Source of the DNA: Hemiscyllium ocellatum
Taxonomy: Eukaryota
NCBI RefSeq assembly: GCF_020745735.1
Contig: NW_026867462.1
Span: forward strand, 250,833 to 291,304
DNA length: 40,472 nt
Direction: 5' to 3'
The notes beneath the pieces are model-generated. The model did not search any database. It had not been told where the DNA came from and saw nothing but the letters and a program-made list of their open reading frames with translations. Numbering within the stretch: position 1 is the first letter of the stretch; each line of letters starts with the position of its first letter. Both the position numbers and the translations under genes were made by a program. This document shows, one piece after another, positions 1 to 12,551 of the stretch.

Positions 1-445
1 AGGAGCCATTTGAAATGGACCTTGGCGATGAGTTTTCCAATGGTCAACTTCAGGGATTTTACCTTGCAGTTACCACAGTTTGACATGTTCCCTTTGTTGA
101 CAATGCTAACTTTGGCATGTGGGAACCCTCCCAGGATGCTCTCCACCTTTTAGATAGGGCACACAAGGACATGCAGCTACACTGGGAGCTCAGTGCCTTC
201 ACACTTCAATGCTTCAGGGGGAATACCATTTGCACCTGCAGCCTTGTTCTTGAGCTGGAGGTCTGCCTTTTCACCAAGGCTAGGCAATAACTGAATTCCC
301 TGAGTGTAATATGCCGCTGGATGCAATTCAAGAATTTCCACATACTCAGCACTGACCTGGCTTTCAATAGAGACGGCCCATCGAGTGAGCAGGACCCCTG
401 ACATATCTGCCAATCAGGACTCCCTAATTGGACAAGGTGACCAGC
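1..445 (-). mobile_element. Degenerate RTE-clade LINE fragment
   Basis: KNKAAGANGIPPEALK...CGNCK resembles the RTE pre-RT motif KAAGADGIPAEALK...CGNYRGISLL. Contains stops and frameshifts. Confidence 0.7.
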
Positions 446-1584
446 CATAACCATTTTCCCACTAGGTCAACTTCCTCAGATTCTGGCTTGGTTACTGCCA
501 CCATGTGCTGGACTGTCAACCAGCAGAAATTTATCTTCTTCTGCAGTTGGTAATGGCATCAAGGCTGTCACACCTGCCTTGAGGTTTCTTCTACACTGGG
601 AGAATGAGGAGAACCCACAGGTGCGGACATCCTTGCCATCTGAGGAGCTGGTTATGCCGTGCTCTTGGTCACTTGCGGGTTACAGTTATCATGTGATCCT
701 CATAATTGTTCAGGAACACTTCTCTGACGTCATGTCCTTTACTTCGACCATGCCTGTTCCCCATGCATGCCATTCCAATGGTTTAAACAGCACATTTTGT
801 CCAATGTAATAAAGTGCCTCAAGAGCAAAATGGAGTTTTGTGGCCGGTATTGAAGTTCCTGATGCCATTTAACATTCACATTCATATTCACATTCCAATC
901 CATGACAGAAATGAAAACTGACATTACACCCAGTACCAGTCCCTGCATTTGTCACAGGCCTCCACTCTTTTAAAACCAAAGATGTAAATGGAAAAATAAA
1001 ACCAAGATGTCCTGATACTGCCTGCATCAGACATTCCTGAATCAGACACATCACCAGGAAAAATGGTGCACTCATTCAAAACTGAAATTAAACTGCTTTC
1101 ACTTTGCTTACTTCTTTCTAGCTTTCCCCAGAGAAATTGTGTCTTTTTTGTTTAACAGGCTAAAACTGGCTTTCCCTGTCCCACTGACCACTTGTGAGCA
1201 GGAGCTACTGGGGGCCAAAATAAATATATACTCAAGCAAATTAGACAACACACGAACAGCTCTGATGCGGACTCATTTGGTCTTGAAATACTAGCTGCCC
1301 TCTCTCGTGGATGCTCTCTGACCTGCTGTGATCTCCAGCATTTGTTCTTTTCAACCAAATAAAAAACTGAACAACTAAATGCTATTTTCAATAAAAGAAA
1401 TCTCTGCTCTGTTGCAATTGAAAACTCCTGGGATATGAACAATAACGGTTTAAATTCAGAGAAAGCATACCTGTACATTTCAACTAAAAATAACATATCA
1501 CTCACAATGATCCCCACCAAAAACATCTGGGACAGCAATGCTTCAGGACTACAATTAAAGCCCCCTTGGATCAAAAGTGGGCAG

Positions 1585-2390
1585 CTTGCCGGCAGTGAAG
1601 TCTGACAGCAAGGTAGATTCGGAAGTGTTGCAGTGATGACATAGCCCTGTTCGACACCGTTTGAGAGGGTGAATGGGTAGGTGTTGAGGCTGTTTGTCAT
1701 TTTGATGAATTACATGTCATTGTGGAGCAGTCAAGGATGGTGACAAACATCATGGTACAAGTAAAGCAAAGAAGAACGCTCTAGAAATACTTTCCGATTG
1801 ATGATGTTAAAGGCCTTTTTAAAGTTCCCAGAGGGCCATATACAGCAGTGAAAATCTTGTTCAATGAATCACTCTCTGGCTGAAAGCCACACTGAGATCC
1901 TGAAAGGACTTCCTCAGTCACGGGGAGGAGAAAGTTGAAAAGGACTTTGGTAATACATTTCCAATGATTGACATCAGGGATATTCCTCTGTAGTTACCAC
2001 AGTCTGACATGTTCATCTTTTCATAGAATACTTACAACTTTGGCATATTGGAGCTCTTCTGGGAAGCTCTCCTCCTTCCAGATAAGGCAGACAAGGGCAT
2101 GCAGCTACATTGGGATCTCAGTACCTCTGCACTTCAATGCCTCAGTGGGAATGCCATTAGCACCTGCAGCCTGTTTCTTAAGTTGGAGGACAGACTTATC
2201 TATTTCATCCAAGATTAGGTATTGCTGATCTCCTTGAGTATAATTTGCTGTGGGATGCAATTCAAAGAATTTCCATGTGCACAGTACATGATTCTGACCT
2301 AGCTTTCATAAAGATGGCTCCTCAAGAGAGCAGAACCCCTGACACACCTGCCAGACAGGACTCCCTGACTGGATCAGGTTACCAGGCACA
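1585..2390 (-). mobile_element. Degenerate RTE-clade LINE RT fragment
   Basis: Broken frames read CGNYRGISLMSIIG, SQCGFQP, KKAFN, LLHNDM and GVEQGYVITATL (cf. GVKQGCVIAPTL). 1930-2390 is homologous to 1-445. Confidence 0.8.
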
Positions 2391-3357
2391 TCTTGAGAAA
2401 TTATATTCAATGAGATTCACTGGAGTGGACAGGAACTTGATACCATATGTGGAAGCTTTGCATGTCAGCACCACAGCTCACTGGGGATTATTCTGTGCTG
2501 AAACATTAAATGACGAGAGCTGCTTGTTCAATTCCCAAAAGGCTACTTCTGGGCAATGTGACTATTTGCAAAGCTGACCCATTCAGTTTCAGACAAACTC
2601 TGGGAAGCACATACTATCAGGCAGTCCTCTCTGTCAGTGAGCAGCAGTAACCGGATACCATATGGTGAGGCTTTGCATGTCAGCGGCACATCTCACTGGA
2701 GATCATTCTGTGCCAAGACATTAAATGATTATAGCTGCTTTTTCAATTCTTGTAAGGGTTCTTCTTGGTGACGTGAGTATTTGCAAAGTTGGCCCTTTCT
2801 GAATACCAAATCTCAGCTGCCAAAATGGAGGCCAGGTAATTACACAATTTTCTGTCATATTTCACCAACCCAAAGAAAGACTAGAAGCTCCGATGCAGAC
2901 GGAGCTGATGAACCCTTGGTCGCTCTTGCTTATCTTTCAATGTGTGCTACCCACTTGTCCATGTTGTAGCTTAATTATGTCACTTGGGGTGCCTTGGAAC
3001 ACATTTGTTTTCCTCCTAAAGGTTTGGATAAACATTAAATGATCTTTATTGAACTTCCCAGTGATTAGCAAATATTCAGATAAATAGGGACCATGGGTAG
3101 ATCTTGTAAACTGTTCTCCACCATTCACTAGAACGATTCAAAGGCTGATGATATCCCAAAACAAAGGCATTCAAGTACAGTGGTTACACCCCTTATGGAT
3201 ATCAACTGTAGCACATTTATGGGAATCCTCACTGAAGGACAATGCCATGTTCGTATGGCTCATATTCAGCTAGTAAAGGACAGGGCATCTGTGGTTTTTC
3301 AGACAAGTCCTCAATGTGTTGGATTGGTTATATTCCTGGCTTCAAAAATTCACTCAT

Positions 3358-6084
3358 TAGAACATAGAAGGATACAGCGCAGTACAGGCCCTTCGGCCCT
3401 CGATGTTGCGCCGACCGAATCCTACCTAACCTATACTAGCCCAATAACTTCCAAATGCCTATCCAATGCCCGCTTAAATGACCATAAAGAAGGAGAGTTC
3501 ACCACTGATACGGGCAGGGCATTCCATGAACTCACAACCCGCTGTGTGAAGAATCTACCCCTAACATCTGTCCTATACCTACCACCCCTTAATTTAAAGC
3601 TATGTCCCCTAGTAACACCTGACTCCATTAGCGGTAAAAGGTTCTTAGTATCTACCCTATCTAAACCCCTAATCATCTTATACACTTCTATCAGATCTCC
3701 CCTAAACCTTCTCTTCTCCAATGAGAACAGCCCCAAGTGCCTCAGCCTTTCCTCATAAGATTTTCCTACCATTCCAGGCAACATCCTGGTAAACCTCCTC
3801 TGCACTCTTTCTAAAGCTTCCACATCCTTCCTATAGTATGGCGACCAAAACTGCACACAATACTCCAGATGAGGCCTCACCAGAGTCTTATACAACTGCA
3901 ACATGACCTCAGGACTCCGGAACTCAATTCCTCTGCCAATAAAGCCCAGTACACCTCACAGCACTATTTACCTGGGTGGCAACTTTCAGAGATCTGTGTA
4001 CATAGACACCAAGATCCCTCTGCTCATCCACACTACCAAGTAGCCTACCATTAGCCCAGTAATCCATCATCTTGTTATTCCTACCAAAGTGAACGACTTC
4101 GCACTTAGCTACATTGAATTCCATTTGCCACATTTCCGCCCAGCTCTGCAACTTATCTATATCCCGCTGTAACCTACCACTTCCTTCCTCACTATCCACA
4201 ACTCCACCGACTTTTGTGTCATCCGCAAACTCGCTTACCCAGCTTTCAAGTCCTTCCTCTATATCATTTATAAAGATAACAAAAAGCAATGGTCCCAAAA
4301 CAGATCCTTGTGGTACACCGCTAGTAACTGCACTCCAAGATGAACATAATCCATCAACTACTACCCTCTGTCTCCTTCCAGCCAGCCAATTCCTAATCCA
4401 AACCTCTAATGTATCCTCAATGCCATACCTCCGAAGTTTTAGCATTAGCCTACCATGGGGAACCTTATCGAACGCCTTACTAAAATCCATATACACAACA
4501 TCTACTGCTTTACCCTCGTCCACTTCCTTAGTCACCTTCTCAAAGAACTCAATAAGGTTTGTGAGGCACGACCTGCCCTTCACAAAACCATGCTGGCTAT
4601 CCCTGATCACGTTATTCCTACCCAGATGTTCATAAATCTTATCCCTTACCATTCTCTCTAAGACTTTGCCCACCACTGAAGTCAGACTCACTGGCCTATA
4701 GTTACTAGGGCTATCCCTACTCCCTTTCTTGAACAATGGGACCACATTCGCTATCCTCCAGTCCTCTGGTACTATTCCCGTTGACAATGACGACATAAAA
4801 ATCCAGGCCAATGGCTCTGCTATCTCCTCCCTAGCTTCCCATAGGATCCTGGGGTAAATGCCATCAGGCCCAGGAGACTTATCTATATTCATCCTTTCCA
4901 ATATTCCCAAAACCTCTTCCCTGCATATTTCCAGGGCATCCATTCTAATTATTTGTGATTCCATATTCACATCAGCAACAGTGTCCTGTTCCTGAGTGAA
5001 TACTGATGAAAAGTACTGATTTAATGTCTCTCCAATCTCCTCCGCCTCCACACACAACTTCCCACTACTATCCTTGACTGGACCGATACCTACCCTAGTC
5101 ATCCTTTTATTCTTGACATACCTATAGAAAGCCTTTGGGTTTTCCCTAATCCTACCAGCTAAAGACTTTTCATGTCCCCTTCTCGCTTCTCTTAGCTCCC
5201 TCTTTAGCTCCTTCCTGGCTACCTTATAACTCTCAATCGCCCCAACTGAACCTTCACGCCTCATCTTTACATATGCCGCCTTCTTCCCTTTCACAAGGGA
5301 CTCCAATTCCTTACTAAACCACGGCTGCCTCACAAGGCCCTTTACACCATGCCTGACTGGTACATACCTATCGAGGACACGCAGTAGCTGCTCCTTGAAC
5401 AATCCCCACATCTCATTAGTGTTCTTCTCTTGAAGCCTGTTTTTCCAATCCACACATCCTAAGTCATGCCTCACTGCATCATAATTTCCCTGCCCCCAGC
5501 TATAGCTCTTGCCCTGCGGCGCACGATTATCCCTCTCCATCACTAAAGTAAAAGTCACCGAGTTGTGGTCACTGTCCCCGAAGTGCTCACCTACCTCCAA
5601 GCCTAACACCTGGCCTGGTTCATTACCTAGAACCAAATCCAATATAGCCTCCCCTCTTGTTGGCCAGTCGACATATTGTGTCAGGAAACCCTCCTGCACA
5701 CATTGTACAAACACCGACCCATCTAATGAACTCGAGCTATAGCTCTCCCAGTCAATATCTGGGAAGTTAAAGTCCCCCATAACAACCACCCTGCTACCTT
5801 CACTCTTTTCCTGAATCATCCTCGCAATATTATCCTCTACTTCTCTAGGACTATTAGGAGGCCTGTAGAAAACACCTAACAGGGTGACCTCATTTTTCCT
5901 ATTTCTAACCTCAGCCCAAACTACCTCAGATGGCAAGTCCTCTTCCATCGTCCATTCCACTGCTGTGATACTGTCTTTGACAAGTAATGCCACGCCTCCC
6001 CCTTTTTTACCCCCATGTCTGATCCTACTAAAACATTTGAACCCTGGAACGTGCAACAGCCATTCTTGTCCCTGTTCTACCCAT
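3358..6084 (-). mobile_element. Young 5'-truncated CR1 LINE (partial APE endonuclease + RT), copy A
   Basis: ORF 3924-6173 has GDFNFPDIDW, YMDFSKAFDKV, GVPQGSVLGP and FADD motifs. An 11-bp deletion at 3953/3954 shifts the C-terminus into ORF 3431-3904. (TTCTATG)n tail at the left end. Confidence 0.93.
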
Positions 6085-6451
6085 TGATTCTTTAAAACCT
6101 CCACATCGGCAAATTGACACAGAATGGGATAAAATTGCCCTGCACAAAGGGTACACTGCAGTGGTTTGATCATCGCTTAGCTTTCCAAGCTCTTGATTTG
6201 TGGCTCTACTTTTGCACGTTAGGGAAATGGGACTGATAGTGTGCGCCTGTCGTGCCAAATGGCCCACTTCTGCACTGTAGAGGTTCTGTCAACTCCTAGG
6301 ACTCTCTGTTCGACAACACTCCACAGGCCGTTCCAAAAGTAGTCTTGGCTTCATCTTCTTACCAAAATGCAACATTTTGCATGTATCAAAATTATACTCT
6401 ATCTGCCACTTCTCACAAACCGTGCACCCTATATTCCCATGCAAATCCTTC

Positions 6452-8140
6452 ACATTAAATCAGTACTTTTCATCAGTATTCACTCAGGAACAGGACACTG
6501 TTGCTGATGTGAATATGGAATCACAAATAATTAGAATGGATGCCCTGGAAATATGCAGGGAGGAGGTTTTGGGAATATTGGAAAGGATGAATATAGATAA
6601 GTCTCCTGGGCCTGATGGCATTTACCCCAGGATCCTATGGGAAGCTAGGGAGGAGATAGCAGAGCCATTGGCCTGGATTTTTATGTCGTCATTGTCTACG
6701 GGAATAGTACCAGAGGACTGGAGGATAGCGAATGTGGTCCCATTGTTCAAGAAAGGGAGTAGGGATAGCCCTAGTAACTATAGGCCAGTGAGTCTGACTT
6801 CAGTGGTGGGCAAAGTCTTAGAGAGAATGGTAAGGGATAAGATTTATGAACATCTGGGTAGGAATAACGTGATCAGGGATAGCCAGCATGGTTTTGTGAA
6901 GGGCAGGTCGTGCCTCACAAACCTTATTGAGTTCTTTGAGAAGGTGACTAAGGAAGTGGATGAGGGTAAAGCAGTAGATGTTGTGTATATGGATTTTAGT
7001 AAGGCGTTCGATAAGGTTCCCCATGGTAGGCTAATGCTAAAACTTCGGAGGTATGGCATTGAGGATACATTAGAGGTTTGGATTAGGAATTGGCTGGCTG
7101 GAAGGAGACAGAGGGTAGTAGTTGATGGATTATGTTCATCTTGGAGCGCAGTTACTAGCGGTGTACCACAAGGATCTGTTTTGGGACCATTGCTTTTTGT
7201 TATATTTATAAATGATATAGAGGAAGGACTTGAAAGCTGGGTAAGCAAGTTTGCGGATGACACAAAAGTCGGTGGAGTTGTGGATAGTGAGGAAGGAAGT
7301 GGTAGGTTACAGCGGGATATAGATAAGTTGCAGAGCTGGGCGGAAATGTGGCAAATGGAATTCAATGTAGCTAAGTGCGAAGTCGTTCACTTTGGTAGGA
7401 ATAACAAGATGATGGATTACTGGGCTAATGGTAGGCTACTTGGTAGTGTGGATGAGCAGAGGGATCTTGGTGTCTATGTACACAGATCTCTGAAAGTTGC
7501 CACCCAGGTAAATAGTGCTGTGAGGAAGGCATATGGTGTACTGGGCTTTATTGGCAGAGGAATTGAGTTCCGGAGTCCTGAGGTCATGTTGCAGTTGTAT
7601 AAGACTCTGGTGCGGCCTCATCTGGAGTATTGTGTGCAGTTTTGGTCGCCATACTATAGGAAGGATGTGGAAGCTTTAGAACGAGTGCAGAGGAGGTTTA
7701 CCAGGATGTTGCCTGGAATGGTAGGAAAATCTTATGAGGAAAGGCTGAGGCACTTGGGGCTGTTCTCATTGGAGAAGAGAAGGTTTAGGGGAGATCTGAT
7801 AGAAGTGTATAAGATGATTAGGGGTTTAGATAGGGTAGATACTAAGAACCTTTTACCGCTAATGGAGTCAGGTGTTACTAGGGGACATAGCTTTAAATTA
7901 AGGGGTGGTAGGTATAGGACAGATGTTAGGGGTAGATTCTTCACACAGCGGGTTGTGAGTTCATGGAATGCCCTGCCCGTATCAGTGGTGAACTCTCCTT
8001 CTTTATGGTCATTTAAGCGGGCATTGGATAGGCATTTGGAAGTTATTGGGCTAGTATAGGTTAGGTAGGATTCGGTCGGCGCAACATCGAGGGCCGAAGG
8101 GCCTGTACTGCGCTGTATCCTTCTATGTTCTATGTTCTAT
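6452..8140 (+). mobile_element. Young 5'-truncated CR1 LINE (RT + 3' end), copy B
   Basis: Uninterrupted RT frame to the stop at 8059, 3' UTR and (TTCTATG)n tail. Near-identical reverse complement of 3358-5027. Confidence 0.93.
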
Positions 8141-8774
8141 ATATGACAAACGGCATTGGACACATCACCGATTCCTGTATTTATCACAAGCCTCCAGTCT
8201 GAAAAACAACACCCATTATGTGCAACAGATTCTGTCCAAATACGCATCGTACCAGCACATATACTCTGCTCTTCCAAAACAGAAACAAAAGCTGCTTTCA
8301 CTTTGTAAAACAAAAAAAAGACACTGCTACTCTAGGGAAAGACAGAAGGAAATAAACAACCAAAAATTGGCTCTCGCTGTGCCAACCAACCACTCGTGGG
8401 CATGGGCCACAGAGCACCAAAATAAAAATAAAGTCAAGGTCATCAAATAAAACAAACAACAAAAGAACAACTCGGATGCGGGGTCTTCTCATCACAAAAT
8501 CTTAGTTTGCTCTCTCTCATGGATTATGTCTGACCCACTGAGATCTCCAGCATTTATTCATTTCAATGAATTTTTTTTTAAAAATCGGCTCTGCTTTGTT
8601 GACATTGAACACTCCTGAGAAAGGAATCTGGGAATGATTAAAAATTCAGAAGGATTCCTGTTCATTTCAACCAAAAATAACTTACCGCTCACACTGATCC
8701 CCATCAAGGGTTTCTGGGATAGTGACATTGCAGGACTTCAATACAAACCCCCTTGGCCTAAAATAGGGCAGCTT

Positions 8775-8940
8775 ATCTGCGGTGAGGTCCTGCAGTGAGG
8801 TAGATTCAGAGCGATTTTGTTGTAATGACATAGCCCCGCTCGACACAGGTTCAGAGGCAGAATGGGTCAGTATTCAAGCTGTTTGTCATTAAGATGACCT
8901 ACACATCGTTTCAGACCTGGTGAGGGATGGCGATGCACCT
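8775..8940 (-). mobile_element. RTE RT fragment paralogous to 1585-1730
   Basis: gacatagccccgctcgacac...gctgtttgtcatt aligns by eye with gacatagccctgttcgacac...gctgtttgtcatt at ~1640-1700. Confidence 0.65.
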
Positions 8941-9036
8941 CTTGCAACTCAGAAAATGGTTACCTTTCTACAATCAAAGAGAAAGCGGGACAGTCATAGT
9001 AGAAGAAAGAGCATGAAGATCTAACTTGGAACATAA

Positions 9037-9650
9037 TCCCTGAAAGTTGCCACCCAGGTTGATAGGGTTGTTAAGAAGGCATATTGTGTGTGAGCTTTTA
9101 TTGGTAGAGGGATTAAGTTTCGGAGCCATGAGGTAATGCTGCAGCTGTACAAAACTCTGGTGTGGCTACATTGGGGTATTGCATACTGTTCTGGTCACCG
9201 CATTACAGGCAGGATGTGGAAGCTTTGGAAAGGATTCAGAAGATTTACCAGGATGTTGGCTGGTATGGAGGGAAAGGTCTTATGAGGAAAGGCTGTTTTC
9301 ATTAGAGAAAAGGTTGAGAGGTAACTTAATTGAGCCATATAACATAATTAGAGGATTAGATAGGGTGGATAGTGAGAGTTTTCTTTCCTGGAAGGTGATG
9401 GCTAGCACGAGGGGACATAGCTTTAAACTGAGGAGTAAGACAGATGTCAGAGATAGTTCCGGGATAGGGACCTGGAATGCACTGCCTGCAACAGTAGTAG
9501 ACTCGCCAACTTTAAGGGCATTTGTATGGTCATTGGATAAACATATGGATGAAAATGGATTAGCGTCAGATAAATAGGCTTCAGATTAGTTCCACAGGTC
9601 GGCGCAACATCAAGGGCCGAAGGGCCTGTACTGCCCTGCAATGTTCTATG
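9037..9650 (+). mobile_element. CR1 LINE 3' fragment (diverged)
   Basis: Homologous to 7490-8130 (gttgccacccagg...gggccgaagggcctgtactg...ttctatga) with many indels. Confidence 0.85.
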
Positions 9651-9839
9651 ACTTGCTGCTGAAGCTGGGTAAACCACAGGCACAATTGCTAGAGAAACTT
9701 AGCAGGTCTGGCAACATCTGTGGAGAGAAAGCAGAGTTAATATTTCAAGTCCAGTGACTCTTCATCAGAAGTAGTGAGATCAGATACTCTAAAATCGAGC
9801 TCAATGATCTATTCATTAGAAAGATGGAAGGGGAGGCAA

Positions 9840-10303
9840 GAGAAGAGGGGGAGTGGCTATTTTGATTCGGGAAAACATCACAACAGGACTCAGAGAGGAT
9901 GTTCCTGATGGATCGCCCAGTGAAACAATGTGTATGGATCTGAGAAAAAAAGAAAGGTTTGATCACTTTGATGGGATCGTACCATAGATTCCCCAGTAGT
10001 CAGCGGGAAACTGAGGAGCAAATTGATGACTGACTGGTAAGAGAAGTCATAGTTTGAAGATATTAAGAGGAAAGTATAAAGGAGCCATCAGAGGTGGGTT
10101 CTTTACGCAGAGAGTTGTGAATACATGGAATGCATTGCCAGTTGAGGTGGTGGAGGCAAAGTCATTGAGGACATTTAAGTGAATGCTGGACATGCACATG
10201 GATAGCAGTGAGTTGAGGGGTGCGTAGGTTAAGTTACTATATTTTACATTCGGATTAAATCTTGGCACAACATCGTGGTCTAAGGGCCTGTTCTGTGAGG
10301 CAC
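9840..10303 (+). mobile_element. CR1 fragments (endonuclease region and 3' end)
   Basis: GGVAILIRENIT-like segment followed by a catagttt...gggcctgttctg 3' UTR piece. Confidence 0.65.
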
Positions 10304-10312
10304 TTTTTTTTT

Positions 10313-10627
10313 GATTAGACGAGATTACTTACAGTGTGGAAACAGGCCTTTCGGCCCAACAAATCCACACTGACTAGCCGAAGCACAACCGACTCAGACC
10401 CATTCCCCTACCTTTACCCCTTCACCTAACACTGCAGGCAATTTAGCGTGGCCAATTCACCTAGCCTGCACATTTTTGGACTGTGGGAGGAACCCGGAGC
10501 ACCCGGAGAAAACACACACAGACACGGGGAGAATGTGCAAACTCCACAGAGACAGTCGCCTGAGGCGGGAATAGAACCCAAGTCTCTGTGAGGCAGCAGT
10601 GCTAACCACTGAGATACCGTACCACCC
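10313..10627 (-). mobile_element. tRNA-derived V-type SINE (HE1-like)
   Basis: Head GGGTGGTACGGTATCTCAGTGGTTAGCACTGCTGCCTCAC with A/B-box-like motifs (GGTTCTATTCCC), core GTGGAGTTTGCACATTCTCCCCGTG...TTCCTCCCACAGTCCAAA, and a CR1-like 3' tail. Confidence 0.85.
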
Positions 10628-10639
10628 ATGTGTCTATGT

Positions 10640-10940
10640 TCTAAATATGCAGGGAGGTCGCTGATAGCTGTAAGAATAATAAAGTTATAATAGAAAGAGA
10701 TCTTAACTTTCCAAACATAGACTGGTAATGGATGGGAGTAATTTATTAAATTTATTCAAGAAAACCTTCTCAATCGATATGTAGATAGCCTCCGAGAGAA
10801 GGGGCAAAATTTAACGTCCTCTTGGGGAATAAGGCAGGGCAAGTCACTGAGATATTAGTGGGCAAACACTTACCACATCAGTTTTAAAATAGCTATGGAA
10901 AAGAATAAGCCTGATCCAAAAGTTAAAGATTTTCAAATTG
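10640..10940 (+). mobile_element. Degenerate CR1 endonuclease fragment
   Basis: ttaactttccaaacatagactgg (cf. DFNFPNIDW) and ggggaataaggcagggcaagt (cf. LGNKAGQV). Confidence 0.6.
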
Positions 10941-11259
10941 ACAATGGGAATAATTCAATCTTTGGACATTCTAGCCTGTAAATATAATATGTTGAGTTTG
11001 TTTCCCAGTCTTTGATATTGTACATGAAGTGAGACCTCTCAGCACTCCGATCTCTGTTATTCTTTGTATGCCTGATGGATTATGTTCATATATTTAATGT
11101 TTATTTCCACATTTGTGTTTGTAATTGTATCTTTAATATTGTAAAGTACAAATAGATTTCTGTCGTATATCAATCATACATAACCTGAACTCTGTGGGAA
11201 TATCTGTTTTAATTAAATAACTTGTGTGCATTCTGAACATGGAGTGAACCTACATGATG

Positions 11260-11690
11260 TAAAACAGAAAGTGCTGCAAATACTCAGCAGATCAAACAGC
11301 ATCTGTGGAGAGAGAAATACAATGAATGTTTCTGGTCAATGACCTTTCATCAGAGAAAATGAGTGAGTATTTCTAGCAGTCTCTGTTTTTATTTAATGTT
11401 CACAGCATCTGGACAATACAGATTTTCCAATTATAAACCTTCACAAAGTATTATTCAGTTGGTTGACGTGGGTAACTATTGAGAGATTAACGCCATCCTT
11501 TTTGATCTTATAGTCGCTGTGATTTGGAGGCTAGGATTTGTCTACAGCTTAAAAATGTGTTGCTGGAAAAGTGCAGCAGGTCAGGCAGCATCAAAGGAGC
11601 AGGAGAATCGATGTTTCGGGCATATGCCCTTCTTCAGGAATGTTTCAGCTCTGATCTCCAGCATCTGCAGTCCTCACTTTCTCCTAGGAT
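11260..11690. mobile_element. Penelope-like terminal (pLTR) fragments
   Basis: 11550-11690 matches 24600-24730, part inverted and part direct. 11260-11420 is a related terminal piece with a decayed CTGATGA...GAAA motif on the minus strand. Confidence 0.7.
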
Positions 11691-12551
11691 TTCTCTACAG
11701 AATGGCGTGCAGAGAATTGGAAATGACTTATTTCTCTGTTGCTCTGTTTGAATGTTAGAATATAAATATGTCACTGGACTGTGAGATCGGAGTGGGACTG
11801 AACACAGTCTCTGTTTGAGCCTGTGGTTTGATGATCTCTGTGTACCTCTGTATCTCTGTATCTCTGTGAGTGATAATGTACCGACTACGGGAGCGAAGGA
11901 ACCACCTGCATTATTCCTTGGATTGCAGGAGAAAGGTGGGAAGGAAAGCAGAAGGGAAAGTCTGTGATGGGTGGAGGGCAGGAGAGACTTCAATGACGGA
12001 ATGACCAAAATGGTGCAAGGACTGGGGTGGGCAGAAGAAATCAATAAATGAAGAAACAAAAGCTGAGGATCTTCAAAAGCTGTTGTCCAAAAGCAATCAA
12101 AACGAAAGAAAATGGTGACAGAAATAACAATTGGAGGTACTCTGTCATGACTTTGTTATTGTTTACAGGGTACACAGTTACTGAATGAATTCTGTCTGGT
12201 TTCTCATCACCAACTCGTGTATGGCCAGTACTGTCAGTTTTAAAGTATCTTGTTTCAGCAAAAGGAGCTGGAGTCAAGCAGCCAATTCATTGTTGGACAG
12301 AAATTCCATTCCAGCCCAGCTTCAGTGGGAAGACACAGGGAAACGTCCTCTCCCTGTTGATGTGATGGCCCCTTCCTCACAGGGCACTGTTATATCCTGG
12401 CAAATCTGCATTAAACAAAGGCAGACTGTGTCTGTTGATGAGCAACCTTTGTGCATGCGATGAGTCTCCTATTTGTGAACTGAATATTACAGACACAGTT
12501 TGCAGTGAAGGGGCTGGAGGAGGATACAGGGATAGGGAATGGGGATAGGAC

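Noticed and set aside
6439-6446. Perfect octamer ATGCAAAT in the palindrome spacer
   Set aside because: It sits inside a decayed minus-strand CR1 RT relic (attatactctatctgccac...) with no TATA or leader context.
6377-6451. N-terminus of the 560-aa ORF as a real start
   Set aside because: The first ~25 codons are flanking DNA read in frame with a 5'-truncated LINE.
3180-7944. ORFs 3180-3758, 4114-4635, 4455-4661, 6818-7024, 6844-7365, 7732-7944
   Set aside because: They are antisense or alternate-frame shadows of the CR1 ORF2 copies.
8672-8780. Strong donor GCG|GTAAGT on the minus strand suggesting a hidden exon
   Set aside because: The paralogous copy at ~1495 lacks the donor, its frame has stops, and the upstream part is RTE-derived.
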